A DNA stretch of 64,000 bases, from positions 1 to 64,000 of the forward strand of contig NIVC01002803.1 of assembly GCA_002269645.1 (NCBI GenBank), in the 5' to 3' direction. Under the pieces are notes generated by a model. That model did no database searches. It was not told where the DNA came from and was given only the letters and a program-made list of their open reading frames with translations. Made by a program: the position numbers and the translations under genes. The DNA is from Macrostomum lignano (Eukaryota). This document shows, piece after piece, positions 24,901 through 35,980 of the stretch; the stretch's first letter is position 1; each line of letters opens with the position of its first letter.

Positions 24901-26170
24901 AGCGGGAGAGTGACGAGGGAGGAACGGTAGAATGACGAGAGGAGCGGGAGAGTGACGAGAGAGGAACGGTAGAATGACGAGAGGAGCGGGAGAGTGACGA
25001 GAGAGGAACGGTAGAATGACGAGAGGAGCGGGAGAGTGACGAGAGAGGAACGGTAGAATGACGAGAGGAGCGGAGAGTGACGAGAGAGGAACGGTAGAAT
25101 GACGAGAGGAGCGGGAGAGTGACGAGAGAGGAACGGTAGAATGACGAGAGGAGCGGAGAGTGACGAGAAGAGGGATGAGCAGGGCAGCAAAGGGAAGAAG
25201 GCAAGCAGGAATCGAGGAATTCAGACAGTCCAAGTATTTTATTCAATCCAACCCGAGCCCCTGAACTCTCCGCCATCCAGCTGCAGATCAGCAGCATCCA
25301 GTCGGAGATGACGTCTGACCACGCGGCCACCCTGATCCGCCTGGCCTCGCAGCTCCCGGCCGACTCGGACAGAGAGCAGGCGCTGCGCCTTGCTAACCAG
25401 CTGGACAAGTGCCTGACAGATAAGCGAGTGTCCAGCCTAAGCTACTGCCTGGCTTTGCTAGAACTGGCCGCCAAAATGAGACAGACGCCTAGCTATGAGC
25501 AGAGGGCCGCCTGCCTAGCCGTGATTGAGCTGTTGGACAGGACGGCTCACGAATTTCAGGTTAGATACAGTTAACAATTATCGGCATTTTCGATAGTAGT
25601 GTTTACAGATATTGGGAAGTTTTTATTAGGAAAAATAGGCCTTAGCGTGCGCACTAACGTTAACCGCTGAACTTCTCTTAGCCTGATAAGAGCAATACTA
25701 CTGATCAAAAGTAGTTTACAAAGCGCATGCCCCTATCTTTGCGTCTCTCCATGATTCGCCAAAAACCGCAGGCCAAGCGCATCGACAAGTCTGACACGGC
25801 CAGCCTGGCCCGCCTCTCTAACCTGGCCGAATCGGCCAGCGCTTTCCTGGCCAACGCCGGCCATCGCCTGTCCGAAACGCAGTCGGACGCGCACAAACGT
25901 CTGTCCAGGGCGGCCGCGGAGCTGCGCGACCGGGGAGCCGCCGGCAGCAGCTGGGCGCGCGGCGGCTACGACGGTGACGACGACGACGAGGACAAGTTTT
26001 CGGCGAAGGGAGTCAACGATAATGACGACGACGAGGCCGCCTGGATGGCTGTCGAAGCTGCCGAGGCCCAGGCGGAGGCGCAAGCCAGTTCGCGCGTTCG
26101 CAACGACAGCACCTGGACGGTGCCGGATTCCGAGTCCGAGGATGATGATGACGGAAATAAGGGCCGTTAG
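21961..26170 (+). CDS. PTCD3: Pentatricopeptide repeat domain protein 3 (mitoribosomal mS39), 5 exons, about 810 aa
   Basis: Exons 21961-22457, 22716-23303, 23685-24354, 25281-25559, 25772-26170 (phases 2,2,0,0; 2433 nt); Arg-rich presequence; VLKCLAGTV...PHYAIDDSLFL and SLLELLAY resemble PTCD3 (VLQALASTV..PY.FQDDPYL; SLLDLLCY, recalled). Exon 4 acceptor could alternatively be 25287. Confidence 0.8.
22507..22603. repeat. 33-bp repeat x3 (PTCD3 intron 1)
   Basis: ACAGTTTTGCGCGTATGGCAGTGCGCGCTT(G/A)TA. Confidence 0.8.
23308..23595. repeat. 46-bp minisatellite, about 6 copies (PTCD3 intron 2)
   Basis: Unit GATTAGGGGTGAGATTCTCATCTAAGTCTCTCATTTGCAGGTTCTA. Confidence 0.9.
24385..25170. repeat. 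Polypurine minisatellite, 22-bp units evolving into a 42-bp dimer (PTCD3 intron 3)
   Basis: GGGAGAGTGACGAGAGAGGAAC and GGTAGAATGACGAGAGGAGC. Confidence 0.92.
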
Positions 26171-26267
26171 AGACTTGGGGAGAGGGAGAGAGAGTTGCAG
26201 AGTATTAAATCCGTCTTTTGCCACCTTGGAGCATGCTGTTTGATCCAGCACTTTACTCCTCTGTAAA

Positions 26268-26830
26268 ACCACCTCCCCAGACACCCCACTCTGCAAGAGA
26301 CCCTCCCCAACCACCTCACTCTGCACAACCCCTCCCCAACCACCCCACTCTGCAAGAGACCCTCCCCAACCACCCCACTCTGCAAGAGACCCTCCCCAAC
26401 CACCCCACTCTGCAAGAGACCCTCCCCAACCACCCCACTCTGCAAGAGACCCTCCCCAACCACCCCACTCTGCAAGAGACCCTCCCCAACCACCCCACTC
26501 TGCAAGAGACCCTTCCCAACCACCCCTCTCCCAAAACCCCCTGCCCAACCACCCCACTCTGCAAGAGACCCTCCCCAACCACCCCACTCTGCAAGAGACC
26601 CTCCCCAACCACCCCACTCTGCAAGAGACCCTCCCCAACCACCCCACTCTGCAAGAGACCCTCTCCAAGCACCCCTCTCCCAAAACCCCCTGCCCAACCA
26701 CCCCACTCTGCAAGAGACCCTCTCCAAGCACCCCTCTCCCAAAACCCCCTGCCCAACCACCCCACTCTGCAAGAGACCCTCCCCAACCACCCCACTCTCC
26801 TAAAACCCTCGTCCCTTGCAACCCCACTCC
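26268..26830. repeat. 30-bp C-rich minisatellite downstream of PTCD3
   Basis: Unit ACCCTCCCCAACCACCCCACTCTGCAAGAG. Confidence 0.93.
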
Positions 26831-27376
26831 GCAAATGTCCATCTCGCTCAACTGAATCCTAATGCAGGATACGGTATGCATAAATATGCCATCTATTGAA
26901 ATACTTCCTGTTATTATAGTGTTGTTGTTGTCAAACTTGTCAAAACAATTGTTAGTCTTCTATCTTGTCCTTTAATATGCTTGCATAGTATAATTATAGT
27001 AAAATAGAAAAATATGTATCCTTTATATTAGCTACATTTGCTTAACGAGCTACGCACCAGGGCGCTTTTGTTGCCGCGCGCTCACAAGCGGAAAAATTGA
27101 TTTGTTGTCGGTAAATCTATCGAATAAAACGTTCGTCAATCTAGCTGACCCCGGCAGTGCAGCATTTTCTCGGTAGCTCCCATTTTTTACGGGGGCGGGC
27201 AGTTCTATTCTTCTTTCTTGTATTTATCAAAAAATGTCTGTCGAACTAGGTTTAGTAGTATACTGTGGTCATTAATCTTTGCACCTAGTTTATATGTATT
27301 TTGTGTCTAGTTTTTGGCACTTTTAACAATACTATTTGCGCTTTCTCTAATCACGCTCTTCTAAAAAACTTCTTTC

Positions 27377-30335
27377 ATGGAAAAATCTGCCGAAATTGTT
27401 GCGCAACACTTTTGTCTGACGGATTTGCGTAAGAAACTTCTCGCCGCCAACAATTCGAAAGATGATTTAATAGTCAGCGTTAAAGTCGAATACTCGGCTT
27501 GTGCACTCCGTAAGCCAGTCAGGCAGGAGATTGGAAATAGCAGCAAAAGTAACTTGAAACACGTTCGAACAAAACAAGGAAGTGATGTCGTTAAAATCAA
27601 TTTTAACATCGGAAGTGAACCCAGTGCAACAAAATTACAAAGCGGAAGTGACACCGTTGAAAGTAATTTGGACACCAGTAGAAGTGATGCATTAAATGGA
27701 GGTAGATTAGGAACCGGAAGTGATGTTTTTAGAAGCAAGGTACCAACCGGAAGTGACGCCGTTGGAAGTAAATTGGACACCGGAAAGGACTCCGTTCGAT
27801 GCAAATTAGAAACCGGAAGTGACGCCGTTGGGAGTAAATTGGACACCGGAAAGGACTCAGTTCTTACCAAATTAGAAACCGGAAGTGATGCCGTTGGAAG
27901 TAAATTGGACACCGGAAAGGACTCAGTTCTTACCAAATTAGAAACCGGAAGCGATGCCGTTGGAAGAAAATTGGACACCGGAAATGACTCCGCTCAAAGC
28001 AAACTAGAAACCGGAAGTGATGCCGTTGTAAGTAAATCACAATCGGAGAATATTTCTAAAAATGGAAATTTAGAAGCAGGAAGATTTATTCAAGTTGGCG
28101 CCATTAAACACAATTGCGCACGATTCGCCATTGAAAGTGAAGCTTGGTTCGATGCTCTGCGTCTGCGCGCAGTTACTGAGACGGTTATCGAAGCGGCTCG
28201 CTCTGTTGAGCTACTCCAAGCAATAATTAACGAAATTTTAATACGATGCCAACATTCGACTGACCCCTTGGCGGCCATTGGTCTGGCTGATTTGCTCGAT
28301 ATTGCCAAGCGAAAGGGTGACGTATCCGTAGATATCAGCGGTCTGACTGAGCTGGTTTGTTGGCGTCTCTCCCAACTGCAGGATCTCGACTCAAGCAGTG
28401 ATCTCTATCGTCTGGAAGCGTTTGCTCTTGGCGAATGCCTGCTGGCTCTTCGAAAGCGCATCGGGGCGATAGAGGCTCCTGAGTCGCTTCCGGAAGCTTT
28501 GACTGGCGTTCTGCTGAGGTTGTTTCAATTTTTAGGTAAAAATATTCGTTCTTGAAGTAAAGTCACCTCGTGTTGTCCAGTCAATGCGATAAAACACTTT
28601 GTCTACTGACAGTAGTGTAACATAATTCCTAGTGCCTAGTTTTGAAGCTAAAGAACAGACAGACAGACAGACAGACGGACAGACAGACAGAGAGACGGAC
28701 AGACAGACAGACAGACGGATAGACAGATAGATAGACAGACAGATAGACAGGCTGGTTTACAATCTTGGAGCAGTTATAATCAAACTATGAGACCGCTAAC
28801 GACTTCGACCTTACTTTACTAATTTATTTCTAGTTAATTCTGTCGACGAGTCAGACTCTGACGATGAGGATTCTATTGGCGCAGCAATGCTGACATCGAG
28901 GCAGCTGCTGTGCCTGGCTAGTGTGCAACTGTTGAGCACGTGCTCAAAGAGTACAGCATGGCTGGTAGATCGCCAAGCTCTGATTGAATTGGCAACAGTT
29001 TTGCTAATCATGATTGGCAAGCGGCCATCAGTTCAGCTGACTTCGCTTCATCAAATCGATCAATGTCAGCTTCAAAGAAAGTTCATTTGCACTTTTATTC
29101 GCCTGTTGCTGTTGCTTCCGCCGACGCCGCGGTGCCAGGAGCTGCTCCGTCAGCTGCAGACTCAACTGTCGCCTACGGAGCTTGTGCACCTGCTGTCGGC
29201 CAAGGACTCGGATCTGTTGCACTTTCTGTTAGGTCAGCTTCGTCTGGCTAGGGCCAGCTGGGATTCGCTGTTGCTAGGCAGTTGCTATGCCATGTTTTAC
29301 GCCTTCTTGGATAGCGTTGGTTTCGATCACGGAGTTCTGTGCGATTACGCAATCTCGGAGGAGCCAGAAGGTGTGTAGCCTTTGCTGGAAAATATAGAAT
29401 TAGTCAGGTTCAGGAAGAGTCATCCGCTAAACAAAATTGTAGTTAACATAAAATTGGTCGCTTTCGCAACGTTGACATTTCATAACTTCGAAATTTGCTC
29501 AGATAAGAGAACTTTTCTCTTCAGCATAATTCTCATATATCTTGTCTGACGTGTTTAAAAGTTCCAAAATATCTGCAAATTGCTAAAAGAAACTTTGTTA
29601 TTTTGACTTTGAACTGTTGACGTAGTGACGTGTTCAACCCAATACCACATGCACAATATCGGTTTTTCTGACTGACGCAAACCGCAGATTAATTACACAA
29701 ATTGAAAGGTACAAATTGATTTTATTAGGGCCAGTTAAATACTTAAGCAATTATTTTTGCACCTGTCTGCTGGTGCGCCTGTTGAACCTTTCCTAAATAA
29801 TGAGAATTATTGATACTTGTTTCCGGCAGCCCAGCCCATCTAGGAAACCTTAGCAGAAAAAATGATTTCTTGTTTGGGGATTCTTTTTTAGCAGTCTCAA
29901 ATACTGCTTAATTTCCATAGCTATATGTAGGCAAAAATATACTGTAAATTCGTCTGTTTTGCAGGTCGCGAGTTCGCGTCCTACCTAAGCGAACTGCTAG
30001 ACTCGGCTTGTGCCAATTTCGACGCTTTACGAACAACTATTTCTGATTTTGTTGGAACAGAGAGCGGCGATCCTGTAGATGCTTTAATGTCTGCTTTAAT
30101 TAGAACGCGTGCCGCTTTGAAGTCTGCCGACGCTTTGAAGTCTGCCGACGCTTTGAAGTCTGCCGACACTTTGAAGTCTGCCGACGCTTTGAAGTCTGCC
30201 GACACTTTGAAGTCTGCCGTCGCTTTGAAGTCTGCCGAGAATCGAATGTGGTTCTGCAACCTGTTGCAACGATTAAAATTATTAGAGCAGCTCTATGACG
30301 GGATTGTGAGCAGTGACGAGGATGAGTGTGATTGA
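27377..30335 (+). CDS. LINS1: Protein Lines homolog, 3 exons, about 688 aa; start codon uncertain
   Basis: Exons 27377-28535, 28834-29370, 29965-30335 (phases 1,1; 2067 nt); DDEDSIGAAMLTSRQL, FLDSVGFDHGVLCDYAISEE.GREFASYL and LLQRLKLLEQLY match Lines N/C domain patterns (F..IGFD.TVLLDFLISSET.FLEYF; P..LL.LL, recalled). Confidence 0.72.
27700..28030 (+). repeat. Coding 66-bp (2x33) tandem repeat, 22 aa TGSDAVGSKLDTGKDSVLTKLE
   Basis: ACCGGAAG recurs at 27812, 27878 and onward inside LINS1 exon 1. Confidence 0.88.
28655..28750. repeat. (GACA/GATA)n microsatellite (LINS1 intron 1)
   Basis: Direct reading of the sequence. Confidence 0.85.
30114..30238 (+). repeat. Coding 18-bp tandem repeat (KSADAL/KSADTL), about 6-7 copies
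   Basis: CTTTGAAGTCTGCCGACG units within LINS1 last exon. Confidence 0.9.
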
Positions 30336-30720
30336 TAGTATAGTATAGAATGAGCAAATATATATCTATTTATATTTCATGTTATGAATGTTAGATTTTG
30401 TATTTATAAAAACTTTACATTCGAACATCAATTGCATTTAAAATTGCCTAATAAAGTTTCGTCCTACATATTTTGACAGGTGTCACTGAACACCATTGTG
30501 TTTCTCCGTTATTTATTTTACATTGCTAAATAGTTTAGGATAGTTTCGTTCTGACTGCATTCTCTGCCCGAGTGACCATGCGGGGCTGAGTGCATGCCCA
30601 GGCGCCCTTGACCCTTGTGGAACTTGATAAGGCATGGAGTGCATTTATTGCGACCCTTGGAGCGTATGGGGGGGCACTTTGTCTGCAAACACTTGCGAAT
30701 TGCCTTCGCTGGTTTAGTGG

Positions 30721-30721
<1 letters not shown>

Positions 30722-30786
<65 letters not shown>
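30722..30786. repeat. (CT)n microsatellite
   Basis: About 32 CT units. Confidence 0.97.
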
Positions 30787-30789
<3 letters not shown>

Positions 30790-31204
30790 CAATACGTGCC
30801 TTCGCAGTGAAAAATACGTAGACATTGGTCTGCTATCAGTTCATTTCAATTTTCATAACGCCTAATGCGCAGTCCTGAACTGCAAAACCTTTTTTCTTTG
30901 TTTCTTAGGTAACCGGTTTCTTTTCCAGGTGGGGCCTCTTTTATTAGAGTCTAAAAGTAAGAGTCGCCTTTAAGTGAGCCTTGCATTTGAAATAAATTCA
31001 TTCTCATTAAGAGTCGTATTTTAGACATCGATCTCTGATCATTTTTCAAAGTTCACCTAGGATCACGAACAGGAGGCAGCATCTTGCGGACATTACGCCA
31101 GGAACAGAATGCTGTCTCTTGTTTAAAGCAACTTGTGCTAATTCTCAAGAGCTATAATAGCCCCCTGAGCCCAGTGATCGAATCCAATGCGGTTATAACA
31201 GAGG

Positions 31205-31275
31205 GGGAAAGAGCAGCTCAAGCGGTGTCCGACTCTCGCCCCACAACCCCTGGTTCGATTCCGCGCGTGGCCACA
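31205..31275 (+). other. tRNA-like Pol III A/B-box remnant (SINE head or tRNA pseudogene)
   Basis: A-box-like CAGCTCAAGCGG (about 31214-31225) and perfect B-box GGTTCGATTCC (31252-31262); no acceptor stem found. Confidence 0.35.
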
Positions 31276-31798
31276 TGCATTTGGGGCTGAAAATTTCAGC
31301 TAAGACTGCCTCTTGCATTTTTATATTGGCGAGGCAGAGGAGGCAAACCTGTGTATTTTATTGGGCTCACACCCGGCTACTGGCAGGCGCATTTTAATTA
31401 AACGCTTAGTGACTAAAAATGCATTCATTCTTTGCATGCTGCTCGTAGAAGTAAAGCTACGAAGAACACTCAACAGTTCAAAGCAATGAATTCATATCAG
31501 GCTAGAGAACTCGTGGGACCATACTTTGCTGTCTCTTAGCTATATAGTGAATGGCGCCATGTCTTACCCGCTTTTGTACACTCGTGCGCATGACTCAACT
31601 GTCCTCATTGCAGACGGCCGCACGGCCCGCACTACCCCTCTCGGCTTCTAATAAAAAGAATATTTTTTAATCTATAAGACAGAGAAGCGCTGCGCTCCAG
31701 TCACCCGGCTTGCTGACAGACTGTGCAAACGACCCGAGTTAATTTACAACTTAAGCCTAATTATTTATTGTTAACGATACTTAAATCAGCCAAGAGCA

Positions 31799-33217
31799 AT
31801 GTGCCAAGGCCGCCAGTCCTGCCGCCGTTTGTCTCAATCGGATCTTGACGCGGCCAAACGCCGGCCAAACAGCTGCGTCATCACTATTGACGGTCGCGCC
31901 TACGACGTTGCCAATTTTCTGTGCCGCCACCCGGGCGGCGCCCTGGCCTTAGAGAACTGTCGGGGCCAGGATGCCAGCGTACAGTTCAGCATGTACCATC
32001 CGGACTTGGTTAGAAAATTCCTGCCAACTTATTGTATTGGCCAGATTGAGCCATGCGAATTAGATGACAATGTTAACGAGGCGGACAACCAGCCGTTTAG
32101 CTGCGGCGATGTCAAGCATCAGCAGCAGCAGAGCCCCATTGTCCGCGATTATTTCGCCTTGCGCGACAAATTTCATCGGATGGGCCTGTTTCAGACTAAG
32201 CCAACTTGGGAGCTGGGACTGGTGCTGCGCATTCTCTGCCTGCTAGCGGCCTCCGTTGCCTGCGTACTGTACCCGCCAGAGTCCGCCTGGCCTATCCGGG
32301 TTGTGCTGGCTGCCTGTATCCTGGGCATCTATCTGCAGCAGCTGGCTTTTGTTGGCCACGACCTGGGCCACACTGCTGTGACCCACAACCGCCTCACCGA
32401 CCACCGACTGGCCGCCTTCCTTGGCAACGCCCTGCTGGGCATCAGCATTGGCTGGTGGAAGCTCAACCACAATGTCCACCATCTGGTCACCAACTCGGTG
32501 ACAGACGATCCGGACATTCAGCACATGCCGCTGCTAGCCATCACTGACGAGTTCTTCAGCTCTCCGATATCTACATTTTACGACGGCAAGCGCAAGCCAT
32601 TCTTTCGGCTGTTGATGCGAGTGCAACACCTGGTATTCTATCCGGTGATGTGCGTGGCTCGCTTCTACCTGTACATTCGCTCCTACGAGCACCTGATCGC
32701 TTTGAATCAGAAACGGGAACGGCGCTACTTTCAAGTAGCCGAGCTGGTCTCCATGTCAACATTCTTTATCTGGTACCTTACCTTGGCCTGCCAGCTGCCT
32801 ACCTGGCCGCAGACAATTGCTTTCGTGTTGCTCAGCCACGCCGTATCCGGCCTGCTCCACGTGCAAATCTGCATCTCCCATTTCCCCATGGCCGTGTGCG
32901 ACTATAAGAACGGATTAGGCACGGTCGATTCTGACGACGGCGGCCATTTCATCCGATCTCAGGTGGCCTCAACTATGGATGTCGATTGTCCAACCTGGAT
33001 GGACTGGTTTCACGGCGGACTGCAGTTCCAATTGGAGCACCACCTGTATCCCAGGCTGCCTAGGCATCACCTGAGAGCTGCGGCGCCTCTTGTTAAGGAG
33101 TTCTGCCAGAAGCACGGCATGAACTACGTTAGCCTGAGCTTTCTGCAGTCCAACATTGCCCTGTACTGCCGGCTGCGAGATGTGGCCTCCAAGGCTGCCG
33201 ACTGGCGGCCAGAGTGA
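31799..33217 (+). CDS. Cytochrome b5-fused front-end desaturase, delta-8 sphingolipid desaturase (SLD)-like, intronless, 472 aa
   Basis: HPGG heme motif; His boxes HDLGH, HNVHH, QLEHH; MDVDCPTWMDWFHGGLQFQLEHHLYPRLPRH; AATAAA at 33338. Confidence 0.92.
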   Translation: MCQGRQSCRRLSQSDLDAAKRRPNSCVITIDGRAYDVANFLCRHPGGALALENCRGQDASVQFSMYHPDLVRKFLPTYCIGQIEPCELDDNVNEADNQPFSCGDVKHQQQQSPIVRDYFALRDKFHRMGLFQTKPTWELGLVLRILCLLAASVACVLYPPESAWPIRVVLAACILGIYLQQLAFVGHDLGHTAVTHNRLTDHRLAAFLGNALLGISIGWWKLNHNVHHLVTNSVTDDPDIQHMPLLAITDEFFSSPISTFYDGKRKPFFRLLMRVQHLVFYPVMCVARFYLYIRSYEHLIALNQKRERRYFQVAELVSMSTFFIWYLTLACQLPTWPQTIAFVLLSHAVSGLLHVQICISHFPMAVCDYKNGLGTVDSDDGGHFIRSQVASTMDVDCPTWMDWFHGGLQFQLEHHLYPRLPRHHLRAAAPLVKEFCQKHGMNYVSLSFLQSNIALYCRLRDVASKAADWRPE

Positions 33218-34059
33218 CTCTGACTGAACCGTTGAGGGTGGGGCCGGGGCCTTTGACCAGCATGTGTACAATTTCTAAGCAGAATATTCGCTAGCTACAA
33301 CCACAAGCCAAGCAAACTATACTAAAGTGTATTTTTTAATAAATGAACAAATAAATGGTTATTTTATAAACACTAAAGAAACTTGTGCCATCCGGGATGC
33401 TGGTAATGCAGTTTTCACTACTAACAATGATGGCGATTGATCGGCGTCTGTTTTCTGGGCAGGCGCGTTTTCTCTCTATGACAACAGCTAGAGCCGATTG
33501 AAAGCATAATTACTTTTGAGAATGACATTTTGTAACAGTAGTTCTCCTCTCTTAAAGAATAGCTTTTTTCTCCTTAGCTGCTACCACTAGAAGTAGAATG
33601 CTCCGTGTGCGATATTTAGTTTAATTTTTATACATTTATTTAATTATCACCGGCTAATCACTTTGATGGGAATGCGCTTAACTAATCCTCTGTTGTTCTA
33701 GTGACTAAGCTATGTACTCCCTTTTTCTATTTAAAATTAAAATATTTCATATTGATGGATAAAAAAGGATCGACATACCACAAATACTAGAATAACAAGA
33801 ACTGTTACTCGCAAAAATGCGTGCTTGCTACTTTCAGTAGTAAAGTTTGTTTTTCTAGATCGGATGTGAAATTATCGATCGAGCAACACCCCAAATTCAG
33901 TGCGTGTGCACGGCGAGCGAGCAATAGAGTAAATAGGTGGCCAAGAGAGGAAACCGGTTTATTTCAATTATAATTTTGTGGGTGCGAAGAAGGTTTCAGT
34001 CAGGTCGATAAACAGTTGAGCTTTCCTTTTTCCCGCTTGTGCCTGACTGACCTCTTTTC

Positions 34060-34203
34060 TTACTGCTCTCTCATTGGCTGAGCTAGATCTGGCCTGTCCC
34101 CTAGGCTGGGTTTCGTCCGTCTAACTTCGACCTCTCTCCTTACTGCTCCCTGATTGGCTGAGCTAGATTGGGCCTGGCCCCTAGGCCTGAGTTTCGTCTG
34201 TCT
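34060..34203. repeat. About 80-bp direct duplication (2 copies, each with ATTGG)
   Basis: TTACTGCTC..(C/G)ATTGGCTGAGCTAGAT at 34060 and 34140. Confidence 0.7.
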
Positions 34204-35271
34204 TGCGTTCACTTGTGTACATCGAGTTAAATGATTGTTCATTCTTAACTCCATATGCTCCTGTGGCCACAAATACCAAGGACGGAAAGAAAATTTTAGC
34301 TGCCAAATATTTAATTTTTATGTAACACTGCGCAGACGAACTACTAAAAAAGAGTAGACGCTTTTTGACAACTTTAATTTCGAGTGGCATATCTGGCTAT
34401 TCCAGTATCTGTGGTATAGTCTCTCCATTAGTACTTATTTTACACGAGAATATTGAATTTTTGTCGGCACTATCAGCGATTAGTGCGTGATGATTCAATT
34501 GAGAAAAGACAATTATTTTTTTTAACTTAATGACTGAATTTTGCAGTTTTTTTTCAATTCCTGTGCAATTGAATTTTTCTGCTTATTGTTATTATTATAG
34601 ATTGTGTCTGTGTCTATCTACGAGTATATCTACATACTCTGCTGTCCTTCAGCTTATATACGACTATATTTCTATACAAATAATTTAGCCTCTTTTTCTA
34701 TGCTCTGCTTTGTTTTTTTTGTTGTTTTTTCCCTTGCCACTGTTTTATTTGGTTATTTGCCGTCTTTGTTCAAGCGTTCAAGCCAGTCTTGGTTGAGTCT
34801 TTGTGTTTGCATGGGAGATTCGGTAATTAGTTTAATCATTAAAGACCCGCGCACTCTCGTCCAGGGCTCATATATTGCCTAGTTGCTAGGCAATTATGCT
34901 TTCCTATTCTGCACTATTAATGCTATTCTATTATTATTATTATTTATTAGTACTTAATACCTATTCACTTTTTAAATACACAAGCTGCACACTCACAAAT
35001 TAAAAGCAAACCAAGAAATTTATTGTGCCCCTGTCAGTTTTCTGTCTATCACATTTGTTTCCTCTATTATAATATCTTTTTATAACGGATTTTATATTCG
35101 TATGTCAGTCGGGATAAATATAGAATATTTACTTTAGAAGTCGCTGTCTGACTAAACGTTGTCAAATTTAGTTTTCTTTGAACTCGCCTTTGATTGATTT
35201 TTATTTAGTTCTTTTTTATTGCTGTTGCGACCTCCCCGATATTGGTTGGAGACACAGATACTAAAATAACA

Positions 35272-35630
35272 CTAGATGGGCCACTCAGGCATATATACTT
35301 AGTAAAACAGCTTTCTAATTTCAGTTCAGTAGCAAAGGAGAATACACAAGCTATTTTATACAGATAAAGTCAGCTGAAATGACTTTGATAAGTTTAGAAG
35401 AAGCCCAAGCTTGCAGGCGTAAACAGCTTGCTAATTGGTTCAGCAATAATGTACATTAGCCAGTCCACTGAAATGTACATGGCAGCTTTAGGCTGGAATT
35501 CTGTGAAAGGCAATAAAAATTGGGGCGGGGCGGGGGTAAGTGTGGAAAGGCGCGGTTGGAGGGTTTAAGCTGGGGGTTAAAAGCAATAAATTAGCCTTAA
35601 TACAATAAAATGCTTCTTTTAACGTACTAC
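35272..35630. repeat. Dispersed repeat copy 1 (homologous to 55011-55475)
   Basis: Shared blocks CTAGATGG, TTTCAGTTCAGTAGC, GCAGGCGTAAA.CAGCTTGCTA, AATGTACATTAGCC, GGCAATAAAAATTGGG. Confidence 0.7.
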
Positions 35631-35846
35631 TGAACTAAAAGCTTTATAAATATCGATAGAGCAATAAAAAAGGCACAACATATCAAAAGATGAGCACTGA
35701 ATCTGCCTCCTATCAAAAGTAATAGCAATTTTTGTGCTGAAAAAATGAAAATTTCCTATCTCCGTAGTGTATTTTTTCGGGAAAAAGTGCCTTCAAAAAT
35801 TTTCTAAGAAACGAGGTTTCCCGTCCTTCTACTTAAGTCGTCCTTG
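35631..35846. mobile_element. Solo right TIR of the MULE-like MITE at 35981-36678
   Basis: Near-identical to 36468-36678; ends CTACTTAAGTCGTCCTTG. Confidence 0.85.
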
Positions 35847-35980
35847 CTCTGTCCATGTACGGAACGGAAGAATAATTTACATTATTTAATTATCTAACAT
35901 TGTTAAAATACTTTAATGTATTGTCTCGCAGATATCGCTACAGGCTTTAAAGAGATTGTAAAGCTTGAAATATTAACAAC

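Noticed and set aside
24231-26881. Minus-strand repeat ORFs (SSRHSTVPL, GWLGRVSCRV etc.)
   Set aside because: Purine-rich and C-rich satellites, partly antisense to PTCD3 exons.
27234-27249. Possible LINS1 micro-exon ATGTCTGTCGAACTAG|GTTTAG
   Set aside because: Phase-compatible only with a weak acceptor at 27473; cannot be preferred over ATG 27377 without cDNA.
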